Both the position numbers and the translations under genes were made by a program. Positions 28,267-38,577 of a stretch of 64,000 bases of DNA are shown here, one piece after another. Source of the DNA: an uncultured Bacilli bacterium (lineage in GTDB: Bacteria > Bacillota_I > Bacilli_A > RF39 > UBA660); assembly GCA_947626595.1 (NCBI GenBank), contig CANQST010000002.1:9885-73884 (forward strand), written 5' to 3'. Each line of letters starts with the position of its first letter. The stretch's first letter is position 1. The notes below the pieces were generated by a model. It ran no database searches. It saw only the letters and a list, made by a program, of their open reading frames with translations, and was not told where the DNA came from.

Positions 28267-30255
28267 ATGAATAATAGAAAACAAAAATATATTATAATTG
28301 GTGCATTATGTTTAGTGGTAACTTTACTATCTATAGGTTATGCTGTTTTGTCAGCTAACTTAAGAATTGATGGAACTGCTAAAGTATCAGGTGAGAAATG
28401 GAGTGTTGAGTTTGTAGAAAAACAAGCTAAAACTATTCCAAAAGGAAAAGCTACTTGTGATATAGGTACAATTCAAAATACTTCAGTAACAAACTTATCA
28501 GCTAAAGTAAAAGTACCAGGAGATAGTTGTACATTTACTATACCAGTAGAAAATACTGGAACTTTAGATGCCAGTTTAGTTGATGTAACTAATAGAGGTT
28601 TATCTTTATCATATGATGGTAATCCTGGTGATATAGATATAATAAGTAGTTATATAACTTACGATGTTAGATATGGTAGTACACAAATAAATAATGAAAC
28701 TAATTTTGAAGAAATTGATATTTTAGAACCAGGAGAAAGAGAGACAATAACTTTAAAAGTAGAGTTTAAAGAAGAAGCTACACAAATATCAAATGCAGTT
28801 GTAACAATAACAGGCTTAGATAGAACATTTAATTTTGAAAATAAGTTAGGTTCAAGTAGTACTAGTCCAACACCAGAAACTGTACCAGTTTACCATGATA
28901 CTAGTGGAGCTAATCAACCTGTTTTGAGTGATAATATGATACCAGTAGTATATGACGAAACAAGAAAAGAATGGGTAAAGCAAGATTTAGATAAAAGTTA
29001 TGATTATTCACAACAAGTATGGGCAAATGCTGTAACTGTAGTTGAAGATGGAACACAAACAAGAAGTTATTATAAGAAAGCAAAGGCTGGAACAGTAATA
29101 TCAATGAATGATATAAATACGATGTGGGTATGGATACCAAGATACTCATATACTATTAAGAGTGAAGATGGTGGAGATAACTACTTCGGAAAGGCAAGTT
29201 CTGATAATCTAAATCCATCACAGGCTCTACCAGGAGAGATAGATGTTAAATTTATTCCAGTAAGTGAAAATGATAGTGAAGGCTCAGCTCAATATACAGA
29301 AGGGGAAGCAAGTGGATGGTTTACGCCACCAGGATTTAAGTTTGGAGAGAAAGATTTATCGGGAGTGTGGATGGGAAAGTTTGAAACGGGTAATATAGGG
29401 GATTGCCAAGCGACAACTGGAGATGTAAATAATGGATGTGATTTAGAAACGTTAGTTCCACAAATTAAGCCAAATTTAACAAGTTTGAGGGGTATAAGAG
29501 TATCAACATTGGAATTAGTTTCTATAGGTTTAACTAAAGGTGGAAATATCTATGGTTTTGATAATACATATGATAGTCATGCTTCCAAAAATACAGAATG
29601 GGCATTAATTAGTTATTTAACTCAAAGTAAATATGGAAAGTATGGAAATTATTTATACAAAGGAGAAAATAAACAAGTGTATATGAATAATTATAGTGAA
29701 TATATGACAGGATGTTCTTCTGGAATACCAACAGCTGAAAGTTCAGATAAATGTACTTACGAGTATGACAATTTAACTTCTAATGGAGAAGGTACCGGCT
29801 ATTTGGGAGCGGGTGCTTCAACAACAGGAACAATATATGGGATATATGATGCAAATGGTGGAAGTTGGGAATATGTAATGTCTGTTTTTGCAAATCCAAG
29901 CAAATATTCTGGAAATACGCTAGAGTTAAATTCTGGATATAAAGGACTATTAACAGATGAAATTGAGTTTAGCGATAATGCTCGTTCTTGGTTAAGTGAT
30001 AAGTATTATGATTTTTATGCATCAGATGATGTAAAGACAGCGTGTAATGATACTTTATGCAAAGGTTATGCATTAAATGAGACGTCTGGATGGTATGGTG
30101 ATAGAAAGAATATGGTTCACAATATTTATCCTTGGATGGATCGTGGTGGATACCAACGAAAAAATGATGGGACATCTGGGGTGTTTGCATATATTAATGG
30201 AGAAGGAAGCTCTTCAAATTACCGTTCTTTCCGTATCGTCCTAACCCCACAATAA
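28267..30255 (+). CDS. surface paralog-family protein (N-type I, C-type A)
   Basis: The first ~300 aa are ~95% identical to the 52049 paralog. The C-domain carries the conserved blocks and ends ...FRIVLTPQ. Confidence 0.8.
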   Translation: MNNRKQKYIIIGALCLVVTLLSIGYAVLSANLRIDGTAKVSGEKWSVEFVEKQAKTIPKGKATCDIGTIQNTSVTNLSAKVKVPGDSCTFTIPVENTGTLDASLVDVTNRGLSLSYDGNPGDIDIISSYITYDVRYGSTQINNETNFEEIDILEPGERETITLKVEFKEEATQISNAVVTITGLDRTFNFENKLGSSSTSPTPETVPVYHDTSGANQPVLSDNMIPVVYDETRKEWVKQDLDKSYDYSQQVWANAVTVVEDGTQTRSYYKKAKAGTVISMNDINTMWVWIPRYSYTIKSEDGGDNYFGKASSDNLNPSQALPGEIDVKFIPVSENDSEGSAQYTEGEASGWFTPPGFKFGEKDLSGVWMGKFETGNIGDCQATTGDVNNGCDLETLVPQIKPNLTSLRGIRVSTLELVSIGLTKGGNIYGFDNTYDSHASKNTEWALISYLTQSKYGKYGNYLYKGENKQVYMNNYSEYMTGCSSGIPTAESSDKCTYEYDNLTSNGEGTGYLGAGASTTGTIYGIYDANGGSWEYVMSVFANPSKYSGNTLELNSGYKGLLTDEIEFSDNARSWLSDKYYDFYASDDVKTACNDTLCKGYALNETSGWYGDRKNMVHNIYPWMDRGGYQRKNDGTSGVFAYINGEGSSSNYRSFRIVLTPQ

Positions 30256-30330
30256 AAAAATAAAAAAAGTTATAAAAAAAAGATTAAAACCTCTTAATTT
30301 TTTCTAATAATAAAGTAGGAGGTATTTTTT

Positions 30331-31029
30331 ATGACATTTAAGTATCGGTATAGGAAACAAATTATTATTGGAGTTATTTTACTTCTTATTGTTTCTTTAG
30401 GAGGCTTTTTTACTTATAAAGAGTTATCTAAAAAGAAAGATAAGGAAGATGATAAGGCTATTGCGAAGTTTATTAAGAAAGAGGATAAGGATAATTCTAA
30501 GGGAAAAGATAAATCTAAAGAAGAAAAGATAATGTATAAAGTGGATATTAAAGGACAAATAAATAATCCTGGTATTTATTCACTAGAGGCTGGTTCTAGG
30601 GTAATTGATGTTATTAATATGGCGGGTGGTCTTACTGAAAATGCTAATACGACAGTAATTAACTTAAGTAAAAAGATAATTGATGAGATGGTTATTATAA
30701 TTTATTCTAATTATGAAGTAGAAAATTTTGAAGCAACTAAGGAAATAGAAAAACAAGTTCAAGAGAAATGTTTAGGTGATACGATTAAGAATGATGCTTG
30801 TATTGAGGATAATACTGATACTTCTAGTGATATTTCTACTTTAATATCTATTAATACGGCAACTAAAGAAGACTTAACTAAATTACCAGGAATAGGTGAA
30901 GCTAAAGCTCTAGATATTATTAAATATAGAGAAGAAAATGGTGATTTTAAAGATATTGAGGAGATTAAAAATGTATCAGGAATAGGAGATAGTTTGTTTG
31001 CTAAAATTAAGGATTACATTACTATCTAA
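30331..31029 (+). CDS. comEA: competence protein ComEA (SLBB + helix-hairpin-helix DNA-binding)
   Basis: C-terminal INTATKEDLTKLPGIGEAKALDIIKYREENGDFKDIEEIKNVSGIG is a tandem HhH. N-terminal TM segment. Confidence 0.8.
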   Translation: MTFKYRYRKQIIIGVILLLIVSLGGFFTYKELSKKKDKEDDKAIAKFIKKEDKDNSKGKDKSKEEKIMYKVDIKGQINNPGIYSLEAGSRVIDVINMAGGLTENANTTVINLSKKIIDEMVIIIYSNYEVENFEATKEIEKQVQEKCLGDTIKNDACIEDNTDTSSDISTLISINTATKEDLTKLPGIGEAKALDIIKYREENGDFKDIEEIKNVSGIGDSLFAKIKDYITI

Positions 31030-32998
31030 TTATTTATATGTAATACTTTTATGTTTAGTAGGAATTATTTCTATAGTTAGAATATCATTACCTAAGAAAA
31101 CAAATTATAGTGTTAATGATACTTACTTAACAGGAACTCTTATAAAAAAAGAAATAACTCCTGATAAAGTAACACTTTATATTAAAAATAAAGAAACAGT
31201 AATAGGATATTTTTATATTGATAATAAGCAATTTAAGGAAGTTTCTTTAGGAGATAAATTAATTATTAAAGGAAAATTCAGTAGAGTAAGTAAAAGTAGA
31301 ACTAAAAATACTTTTAATTATAGAAAATATTTAGAAAGAAAAAATATTTTTTATATAGTGGAAATAGATAAATATAAAGTTATTTCTAAAAATAAGAATA
31401 TTTATTATAAAATTAAAGATTTAATATATAAAAGAGTTGGTAGGGATGCTTATTTAAATACTTTTCTTTTAGGAAATAAAACTTATTTAGATAAAGAAGT
31501 AAAGAATTCCTATCAAGAGATAGGAATATCACATTTATTTGCGATAAGTGGTATGCATATAAGTATTTTGTCTATGTTATTACTTAAAATTTTAAAGAAG
31601 AAAGATAGAAGCTATTTTATTGTAAGTATCTTTTTACTCTTATATTTGTTTTTAATTGAAACATCAGCATCTTCTATTAGAGGAGTATTATTCTTTATAT
31701 TATTTTCTATTAATAAAATATTTTATTTTTATATTCCTCCTATAAAGATATTTATTTTAACTTTAGTAATTGTTTTATTAATTAATCCTTTTTATATTTT
31801 TGATATAGGTTTTTTATATTCTTTTAGTATTTCTTTTTCTTTATTATTTTTAAGTGAAGAATTAAAAGGAGGTAATTACTTTAAAGGTTTATTAAAGGTG
31901 TCATTTCTTTCATTTTTAATAAGTATACCTATTAGTTTATATAGCTTTTGTCAAATTAATTTATTAAGTATACTTTATAATCTTTTTTATGTACCATTTA
32001 TTTCTTTGATACTATTTCCTCTTACTTTAATTAGGTTTATTGTTCCTTTAAAAATAGATTTTTTAATAAATATATTGGAAAAAAGTAGTTTATTTTTAAG
32101 TAAAATAAATACTTTTAAATTTATTTTTTATAAGGGTAATATAATTATTTATATTTTATACTTTTTGTTTATAATAGTCTTTTTAATAGATTATAAGAAA
32201 AGAAGAAAGAAAAGGTTCTTTTTAGTAATAATTGTTTTGTTAGTAGTTCATTATTTTTATAGAGATAATGGAAGTTTTATTAAAATGTTAGATGTAGGAC
32301 AGGGGGATAGTATTTTGGTTTATTCTAAAGGATGTAGTATGTTAGTTGATACTGGTGGAGTATATGGTAATGAAGGAGGGGTTGTGAAGAATGTAACAAT
32401 ACCTGTTTTAAAGAGTTTAGGGATAAAGAAAGTGGACAAATTACTTATCAGTCACGGGGATTTTGATCATGTTGGGGATGCGTTATATTTAGTTAATCAT
32501 TTTAAAGTAGGAGGCATTTTAATTAATAATAATGAAGCTAATTATTTTGAAAAAGAACTTTTGAAAAAGAAGGCTCATAAAGCTAAAGAAGGTTTAGTTA
32601 TTAAGTGTGGTGATGTTAGTTTAATAGAGATTAATAAAAATATGGTTTTGGAAAATGATAGTTCAAGTGTTTATTTAGGTATTTATAAAGATAGAAGGTT
32701 CTTATTGATGGGAGATGCATCTAGTAAAACAGAAGAATATTTAATTAAAAATTATAATTTAGAAGATGTTGATATTTTAAAAGTAGGTCATCATGGCTCT
32801 AATAGTAGTAGTTCAAAGAAATTTATTGATATAGTTAATCCCAAGATAAGTTTAATATCAGCGGGTATTGATAATAAGTTTGGACATCCTCATAAAGAAA
32901 TAATACAAAGATTAGATAATTCTTATGTTTTTGTTACTAAAGATGTGGGAAGTATTACAGTTAATTTAGATAGTTTAAAGGTAGAAGTAGGGCTATAA
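30998..32998 (+). CDS. comEC: DNA internalization-related competence protein ComEC/Rec2
   Basis: Polytopic membrane domain plus C-terminal metallo-beta-lactamase fold (MLDVGQGDSILV...HGDFDHVGD...KVGHHGS). The track start overlaps the comEA end, and the true start is uncertain. Confidence 0.7.
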   Translation: MLKLRITLLSNYLYVILLCLVGIISIVRISLPKKTNYSVNDTYLTGTLIKKEITPDKVTLYIKNKETVIGYFYIDNKQFKEVSLGDKLIIKGKFSRVSKSRTKNTFNYRKYLERKNIFYIVEIDKYKVISKNKNIYYKIKDLIYKRVGRDAYLNTFLLGNKTYLDKEVKNSYQEIGISHLFAISGMHISILSMLLLKILKKKDRSYFIVSIFLLLYLFLIETSASSIRGVLFFILFSINKIFYFYIPPIKIFILTLVIVLLINPFYIFDIGFLYSFSISFSLLFLSEELKGGNYFKGLLKVSFLSFLISIPISLYSFCQINLLSILYNLFYVPFISLILFPLTLIRFIVPLKIDFLINILEKSSLFLSKINTFKFIFYKGNIIIYILYFLFIIVFLIDYKKRRKKRFFLVIIVLLVVHYFYRDNGSFIKMLDVGQGDSILVYSKGCSMLVDTGGVYGNEGGVVKNVTIPVLKSLGIKKVDKLLISHGDFDHVGDALYLVNHFKVGGILINNNEANYFEKELLKKKAHKAKEGLVIKCGDVSLIEINKNMVLENDSSSVYLGIYKDRRFLLMGDASSKTEEYLIKNYNLEDVDILKVGHHGSNSSSSKKFIDIVNPKISLISAGIDNKFGHPHKEIIQRLDNSYVFVTKDVGSITVNLDSLKVEVGL

Positions 32999-33067
32999 AA
33001 AGTACTTTAAGCGTTGACTTTTAATATTGATTATAGTATACTAGTAGTGTACTTGAAGTAGTGCAAT

Positions 33068-33170
33068 ATTTAGAAAATGCTCTCGCTCCCAGATGGTGCG
33101 AGTAATAAATTATTCTGGGTGACAATGTTTCTCGCTCTCGGGTGGTGCGAGCAATAAATTATCCCGAGTG
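33068..33170. repeat. tandem pair of ~50-bp hairpin-bearing repeat units (same family as 61893-61990, opposite orientation)
   Basis: TCTCGCTCCCAGATGGTGCGAGTAATAAATTATTCTGGGTGA followed by CTCGCTCTCGGGTGGTGCGAGCAATAAATTATCCCGAGTGA. Each has a CTCGC..GCGAG stem and a CCCAGA..TCTGGG stem. Confidence 0.75.
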
Positions 33171-33245
33171 AAAATATTTTGAAAACTTCTATCTAGTGAT
33201 AGAGTTTTCTTTTTCAAAAAGTATAAAAAATATCACTTTGTTCTA

Positions 33246-33280
33246 TTGACAAAATAAAAACATTTGTTTTATAATAAAAT
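33246..33280 (+). promoter_or_regulatory. sigma-A-type promoter upstream of the mtaB-like gene
   Basis: TTGACA, 17 bp, then TTATAA(T). Confidence 0.5.
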
Positions 33281-33356
33281 TGTTAGAGAAAATACTTTAA
33301 TAGCTTTAAAAAAAGTCTTATTTTTGGTATAATATGTTTGTTAGGAGCGTGCCTAT

Positions 33357-34634
33357 ATGCGAAGCGTTGGAATTTTAACTTTAGGGTGTAAGGTAAATAC
33401 TTATGAAAGTGAGTATGTAATTAATTTATTAAAAGATGCTGGTTATGTAATAAAAGATTTTCAAGATGTTTGTGATGTTTATATAATTAATACTTGTACA
33501 GTTACTAATACTAGTGATATAAAGTCTAAAAAAATGATTAGAAAAGCAATAAAAATGAACCCACATGCTTGTGTAGTAGCGATGGGATGTTTTATTGAAG
33601 CTAATAAAGATATTGAAATAGAAGGATTAGATATTATTATTGGTAATAAGGATAAATCTTCTATTGTTTCAATATTGGATGAGTATTTTGAAAAGAAGGA
33701 AGCAATAAAGAGATTGTATGACAAGGAATTAAACGAGTTTGAAGATATGTATATTACTGATTTTCCTGGTAGGACAAGGGCTTTTGTAAAAATACAAGAT
33801 GGATGTGAAAACTTTTGCAGTTATTGTATAATTCCTTATGTTAGAGGGAAATGTCGTAGTAAAGATTTTAATAAAGTAATAGAAGAAATAAAGACATTAG
33901 TAAATAATTCTTATCAAGAAATAGTTTTGACTGGTATTCATACAGGTAATTATGGAATTGATTTAGATTGTAGTTTTGCTGATTTATTAAGAGAAATTGT
34001 TAAGATAAAAGGACTTAAAAGATTAAGAATATCTTCTATTGAAATAACTGAATTGACGGATGAGGTTTTAGATATAATAAAAGAAAATAATGTAATTGTA
34101 AATCATTTACATATACCTTTACAATCTGGCAGTGACGAGATATTAAAAGCAATGAATAGAAAATATGATTTAGCTTATTTCTTTGATAAAATTAAAAAGA
34201 TTAGAGAAATTAGAAAAGATATAGCTATTTCAACAGATGTAATTGTAGGATTCCCTGGTGAAAATGAAGAATTATTTCAAAAAAGCCTTGATACATGTAG
34301 AAAATTAGCTTTTAGTAAAATACATGTTTTTCCTTTTAGTGAAAGAAAAAATACTAAGGCTTGTATGTTACCTAATAAGATAGATAATAATACAAAGAAG
34401 GAAAATGCTAGGAGACTTATTTTATTATCAAAAGAGTTGGAAATTGATTATATGAAGAAGTTTTTAAATAAAGAAGTAGAGGTTTTAATTGAAGAAGTAA
34501 AAGATAATGTAAGTATGGGACATACAGGAGAATTTCTTCATGTTAAAATAAATGCTCGGTTAGAAAGAAATACTTTTGTTAAAGTAAAAGTTGTAGATAT
34601 AGAATACCCATATTGTATTGGAGAATTATTATGA
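33357..34634 (+). CDS. mtaB: MiaB-like tRNA methylthiotransferase (MtaB/YqeV family)
   Basis: MTTase N-domain, radical-SAM CENFCSYCIIP, C-terminal TRAM. 425 aa. Confidence 0.65.
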   Translation: MRSVGILTLGCKVNTYESEYVINLLKDAGYVIKDFQDVCDVYIINTCTVTNTSDIKSKKMIRKAIKMNPHACVVAMGCFIEANKDIEIEGLDIIIGNKDKSSIVSILDEYFEKKEAIKRLYDKELNEFEDMYITDFPGRTRAFVKIQDGCENFCSYCIIPYVRGKCRSKDFNKVIEEIKTLVNNSYQEIVLTGIHTGNYGIDLDCSFADLLREIVKIKGLKRLRISSIEITELTDEVLDIIKENNVIVNHLHIPLQSGSDEILKAMNRKYDLAYFFDKIKKIREIRKDIAISTDVIVGFPGENEELFQKSLDTCRKLAFSKIHVFPFSERKNTKACMLPNKIDNNTKKENARRLILLSKELEIDYMKKFLNKEVEVLIEEVKDNVSMGHTGEFLHVKINARLERNTFVKVKVVDIEYPYCIGELL

Positions 34635-36829
34635 AAAAGTATATAAAGGGAAATTATCGTAAGAGTATTTTTAAAAGCGAAGCCGGTTATCATATCGGCA
34701 TTTTTAAAGTTGTAGAAACAAATAGTGATGACTTATTAGATTATGTTGGTAAGGCCATTACTTTTACGGGGTACTTTCATGAACTAAATATGGATGATAC
34801 CTATATTTTCTATGGTAAATGTGTTTTACATGATAAGTATGGAGAGCAATTTCAAGTAGAAAGTTATGAAAGATGTAAGCCTGAAGAGAAAGATAGTATA
34901 ATTGAGTTTTTAACTAGTGGTCTATTTAATGGTATTGGTAAGAAGAAAGCTAAAGCTATTTTTGATGTATTAGGAAAAGATACTTTAAAAATAATTGCCG
35001 AAAATCCAGAAAATTTAATTTTGATACCAGGTATAACTAAAGGTAATATTGAAGAACTACATAATAAATTAATGGAATATGAAGAAAGTTATGAGACTAT
35101 TATTTATCTAAGTAATTTAGGATTTTCTACCAAAGATGCAATGATTATTTATAATTTTTATAAAGCAAAGACAAGAGGTACTTTAGAAGGTGATATTTAT
35201 CAATTAATTAGGGATATTAATGATATTAATTTTAGAAAAATAGATAGTATTGCGCTTAGAATGGGAATAGAAAGAAGTGCTTTAATTAGAGTAAAAGCAG
35301 CTATTTTATATATTATGAGTGAAGTAAGTAATGCTTATGGTCATAGTTATTACTATGAAGAAGAACTAAAGGGATATTTGCCGAGAGTATTAGGATTAGA
35401 TATTACAGAAGAAGAGTTTAATATTGCTATTAATGAGTTAATTAAAGATATGGCTATTGTTAGGAATGCTGATAGATATTATTTAAAGGAGATGTATGAG
35501 GCTGAAAAGCTTATTGTTAATAGATTTAGTTTTTTAATGAAACAAAAAGATGAAGAATTTAAAGATTTTGACAAAGTAGTTAAAGAGATAGAAAGTTTAT
35601 TTCAAATAACATATAATGAAGACCAATTAGAGGCAATAAAGAAAAGTTATTTAAAGAAATTTTTAATTATAACTGGTGGTCCAGGTACTGGAAAAACAAC
35701 TATTATGAAAGCTATTGTAGAATTACTTAGTAGAATGCATAGATTATCTTATTCTGATTTGGCTTCTAAAGTAGCACTTTTAGCGCCTACTGGAAGAGCA
35801 GCAAAACGAATGAGTGAAGCAACTAATTTAAAGGCATCAACTATTCATAGATTTTTAAAGTGGCAAAAAGAAACAAATAAATTTATGGTTAATGAGTATA
35901 ATAAAAGTGATGCTTCTGTTCTTATTATAGATGAGGCAAGTATGATAGATACTTATTTGATGGCTAATTTGTTGAGGGGAATATCGACTAATTGTAAGAT
36001 AATAATGGTAGGTGATGATCATCAATTACCATCAGTTGGACCAGGGCAAGTATTACATGATTTAATAGAAAGTAAAAAAATAGAAGTGGTAGAACTAAAA
36101 AAATTATATCGTCAAGGGTGTGACTCTAATATAATTAGTTTAGCTTATGGAATAAGAGATGGAAAAGTAGATAGAAGTATTTTTAATAAAGAAGATGATT
36201 TGACTTTTATAAGTTGTCAAAATAATGAAGTGTTAGAACATATAAAAGATGTTTGTAGTACTTATAAAGATTTATCTTATAAAAATTTCCAAGTATTGGC
36301 ACCTATGTATAAAGGATTAAATGGAATAGACGCTATAAATAAAGAGGTTCAACAAATATATAACAAAAAAGATAAAAGAAAAAATGATATGATTATTGGG
36401 GAATTTACTTTTAGAGAAGAAGACAAGGTTATTCAACTTACTAATATGCCTGATGAAAATGTTTATAATGGAGATATTGGTTTGGTTGAAGAAGTTTCAA
36501 CTTCTCCTAGAGAAATATGTATTGATTTTGACGATAATTTTGTTAGATATACGCCGTCTAATTTTTCTAATTTTAGATTGGCTTATGCTATATCTATACA
36601 TAAAGCTCAAGGTAGTGAGTTTAATGTAGTTGTTTTACCTTTAGTAAAGGCTTATAAAAAGATGCTTTATCGAAAATTAGTTTATACGGCTGTTACTAGA
36701 GCTAAGAAAAAACTATATTTAATAGGTGATATAGATGCTTTAGATATGGCTGTTGATAATATAGATACGGATATTAGAAGAACGACTATAAAAGATTTAC
36801 TAATTAGTAGTATAAAAACTTCTAAATAG
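34631..36829 (+). CDS. recD2: ATP-dependent RecD-like DNA helicase
   Basis: ITGGPGTGKTT Walker A and DEASM motif II. N-terminal HhH region. About 733 aa, typical for RecD2. RBS GGAGAA precedes ATG 34631. Confidence 0.8.
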   Translation: MKKYIKGNYRKSIFKSEAGYHIGIFKVVETNSDDLLDYVGKAITFTGYFHELNMDDTYIFYGKCVLHDKYGEQFQVESYERCKPEEKDSIIEFLTSGLFNGIGKKKAKAIFDVLGKDTLKIIAENPENLILIPGITKGNIEELHNKLMEYEESYETIIYLSNLGFSTKDAMIIYNFYKAKTRGTLEGDIYQLIRDINDINFRKIDSIALRMGIERSALIRVKAAILYIMSEVSNAYGHSYYYEEELKGYLPRVLGLDITEEEFNIAINELIKDMAIVRNADRYYLKEMYEAEKLIVNRFSFLMKQKDEEFKDFDKVVKEIESLFQITYNEDQLEAIKKSYLKKFLIITGGPGTGKTTIMKAIVELLSRMHRLSYSDLASKVALLAPTGRAAKRMSEATNLKASTIHRFLKWQKETNKFMVNEYNKSDASVLIIDEASMIDTYLMANLLRGISTNCKIIMVGDDHQLPSVGPGQVLHDLIESKKIEVVELKKLYRQGCDSNIISLAYGIRDGKVDRSIFNKEDDLTFISCQNNEVLEHIKDVCSTYKDLSYKNFQVLAPMYKGLNGIDAINKEVQQIYNKKDKRKNDMIIGEFTFREEDKVIQLTNMPDENVYNGDIGLVEEVSTSPREICIDFDDNFVRYTPSNFSNFRLAYAISIHKAQGSEFNVVVLPLVKAYKKMLYRKLVYTAVTRAKKKLYLIGDIDALDMAVDNIDTDIRRTTIKDLLISSIKTSK

Positions 36830-36856
36830 TAAATAATATAGTTAGAGGTGAAGAAT

Positions 36857-37018
36857 ATGAAGAAAGGTACAATGATGGCCATGTTATTAGGGGGATTAGG
36901 AGTTATCGGTTATATGTATATGCAGAAAAATCCAGAAGCAAAGCAAAATGTGCGTAATATGGCTAAAAGTGCTGTGAAGAAGGCTTATAATAAACTAGAT
37001 GATATGGAAGAGGCTTAG
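36857..37018 (+). CDS. small membrane protein (53 aa), hypothetical
   Basis: Absent from the ORF track. RBS GAGGTGA, ATG 36857, MKKGTMMAMLLGGLGVIGYMYMQK... (one TM helix followed by a basic tail). Confidence 0.3.
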   Translation: MKKGTMMAMLLGGLGVIGYMYMQKNPEAKQNVRNMAKSAVKKAYNKLDDMEEA

Positions 37019-37040
37019 GCCTTTTTCTTTTCTCATAAAT

Positions 37041-37132
37041 TTAAAATTTGTATATTAAAAAGCTTAAAAATTGTATATCAAAAGTCTTAAAAAATGTATA
37101 TTAAAATCCTTAAAATTTGTATATTGATATTG
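37041..37132. repeat. four direct repeats with exact 23-bp phasing (TTAAAATTTGTATAT core) upstream of the second DUF4143 ATPase
   Basis: Copies start at 37041, 37064, 37087 and 37110. Confidence 0.8.
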
Positions 37133-37199
37133 AAAAATTACTATAAATATGGTATTATTTTATTGGTGATGATTAGTGAATTTTAATGAAAAGGAATAT

Positions 37200-38450
37200 A
37201 TGCCTAGGTTAATTGATAAAAACATAGATAGATATTTAGAAGTTTTTGGAGCTGTTTCTGTTGAGGGACCAAAATGGTGTGGTAAGACTTGGGCATCTTT
37301 GAGGCACGCTAAAAGTGTTGCTTATTTGGATGATGAAAGTACTAAACAAAGAGCTTTATTAGATTTGGAATTGATTTTAAATGATCAACAACCAGAACTT
37401 ATTGATGAGTGGCATTTAATTCCGGAAATTTGGGATAGAGTTAGAAGAAAGTGTGATTTAGATAGTAAAAAAGGAAAATATATTTTGACTTGTTCTACGC
37501 AACTTGATGATGAAAGAAGAAAACACATTTATCATTCTGGTGCTGGTAGAATTGGTAAACTTAAAATGTATCCTATGAGTTTGTATGAGTCTGGTGAGTC
37601 TACAGGAGATGCATCTTTGATGGATATGTTTAATGGTAAACAAAAAAATAAAAATGTTAAAATTCCTAGTTTAGAAGAAATAGCTAATTTAATAGTAAGA
37701 GGTGGATGGCCTGATAATATTAAAGTTTCTAAAGATAAAATCAATATAATTCCCAAGAGTTATATTGCCTCAGTCCTTGATAAAGATATTGATGATGGTA
37801 AAAAACGTGATAAAGAAAAAATGAATATGCTTATTAAATCACTCGCACGTAATGAGTCTACCATTGTTAGTAATCAGACGTTATTAACTGATATAGGTAC
37901 TTATAATAATAACGAAGAATTAATAGAAAGCAGAGTAACACTAAGTGATTATTTAGATGTTTTAGATAGACTTCACTTTACTGAAAATCAAAGTGCTTAT
38001 AGTGAGAATTATCGTTCAAGAGAAAGACTTGGCAAAACACCTAAAAGACATTTAATAGACCCATCTTTAGCTTGTGCCGCTTTAAATTTAACTAGTGATA
38101 AATTACTTAGTGATTTGAGAACTTTTGGTTTCTTGTTTGAGTCTTTAGTAGAAAGAGATTTAAGAATTTATATAGAATATTTAGATGGAAATATTTATCA
38201 TTTTAGAGATAATGTAAGTGGATTAGAAGTTGATAGTATACTGGAATTTCCGGGAGGAGATTATGCCGCAGTTGAAATAAAGTTAGGTTTTAACGCTATT
38301 GAAGAAGCTAAGGCTAATTTAGTAAAGTTTGCGAGTAATATGACTAAAAAACCTAAATTTATGTGTATTATTACTGGTAATTTTGATGCTGTAGCAAAAG
38401 ATCCAGATACGGGAATATATATTGTTCCTATAACAGCTTTAAAACCATAG
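37200..38450 (+). CDS. AAA+ ATPase, DUF4143-type (paralog of 7430-8701)
   Basis: GPKWCGKTW Walker A. PMSLYESGESTG and IDPSLA are shared with the other copy. Confidence 0.7.
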   Translation: MPRLIDKNIDRYLEVFGAVSVEGPKWCGKTWASLRHAKSVAYLDDESTKQRALLDLELILNDQQPELIDEWHLIPEIWDRVRRKCDLDSKKGKYILTCSTQLDDERRKHIYHSGAGRIGKLKMYPMSLYESGESTGDASLMDMFNGKQKNKNVKIPSLEEIANLIVRGGWPDNIKVSKDKINIIPKSYIASVLDKDIDDGKKRDKEKMNMLIKSLARNESTIVSNQTLLTDIGTYNNNEELIESRVTLSDYLDVLDRLHFTENQSAYSENYRSRERLGKTPKRHLIDPSLACAALNLTSDKLLSDLRTFGFLFESLVERDLRIYIEYLDGNIYHFRDNVSGLEVDSILEFPGGDYAAVEIKLGFNAIEEAKANLVKFASNMTKKPKFMCIITGNFDAVAKDPDTGIYIVPITALKP

Positions 38451-38577
38451 ATTAAGCCAAAAGGCTTTTTTTTCATGTTTATGTGGCTTTTTGCTTGTCA
38501 AATTAAGTCAAGCAAAGTTGAAAAATAAAAATATTTCCCTTATAATAAGTAGTAGTGAGATTAGGAGTGAAGTTAAT

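Noticed and set aside
30256-30330. Poly-A runs (A7/A7/A8) after the 28267 paralog as a phase-variation tract
   Set aside because: Short A-runs are expected in a ~28% GC genome, and they lie downstream of the stop codon, not in a promoter or reading frame.
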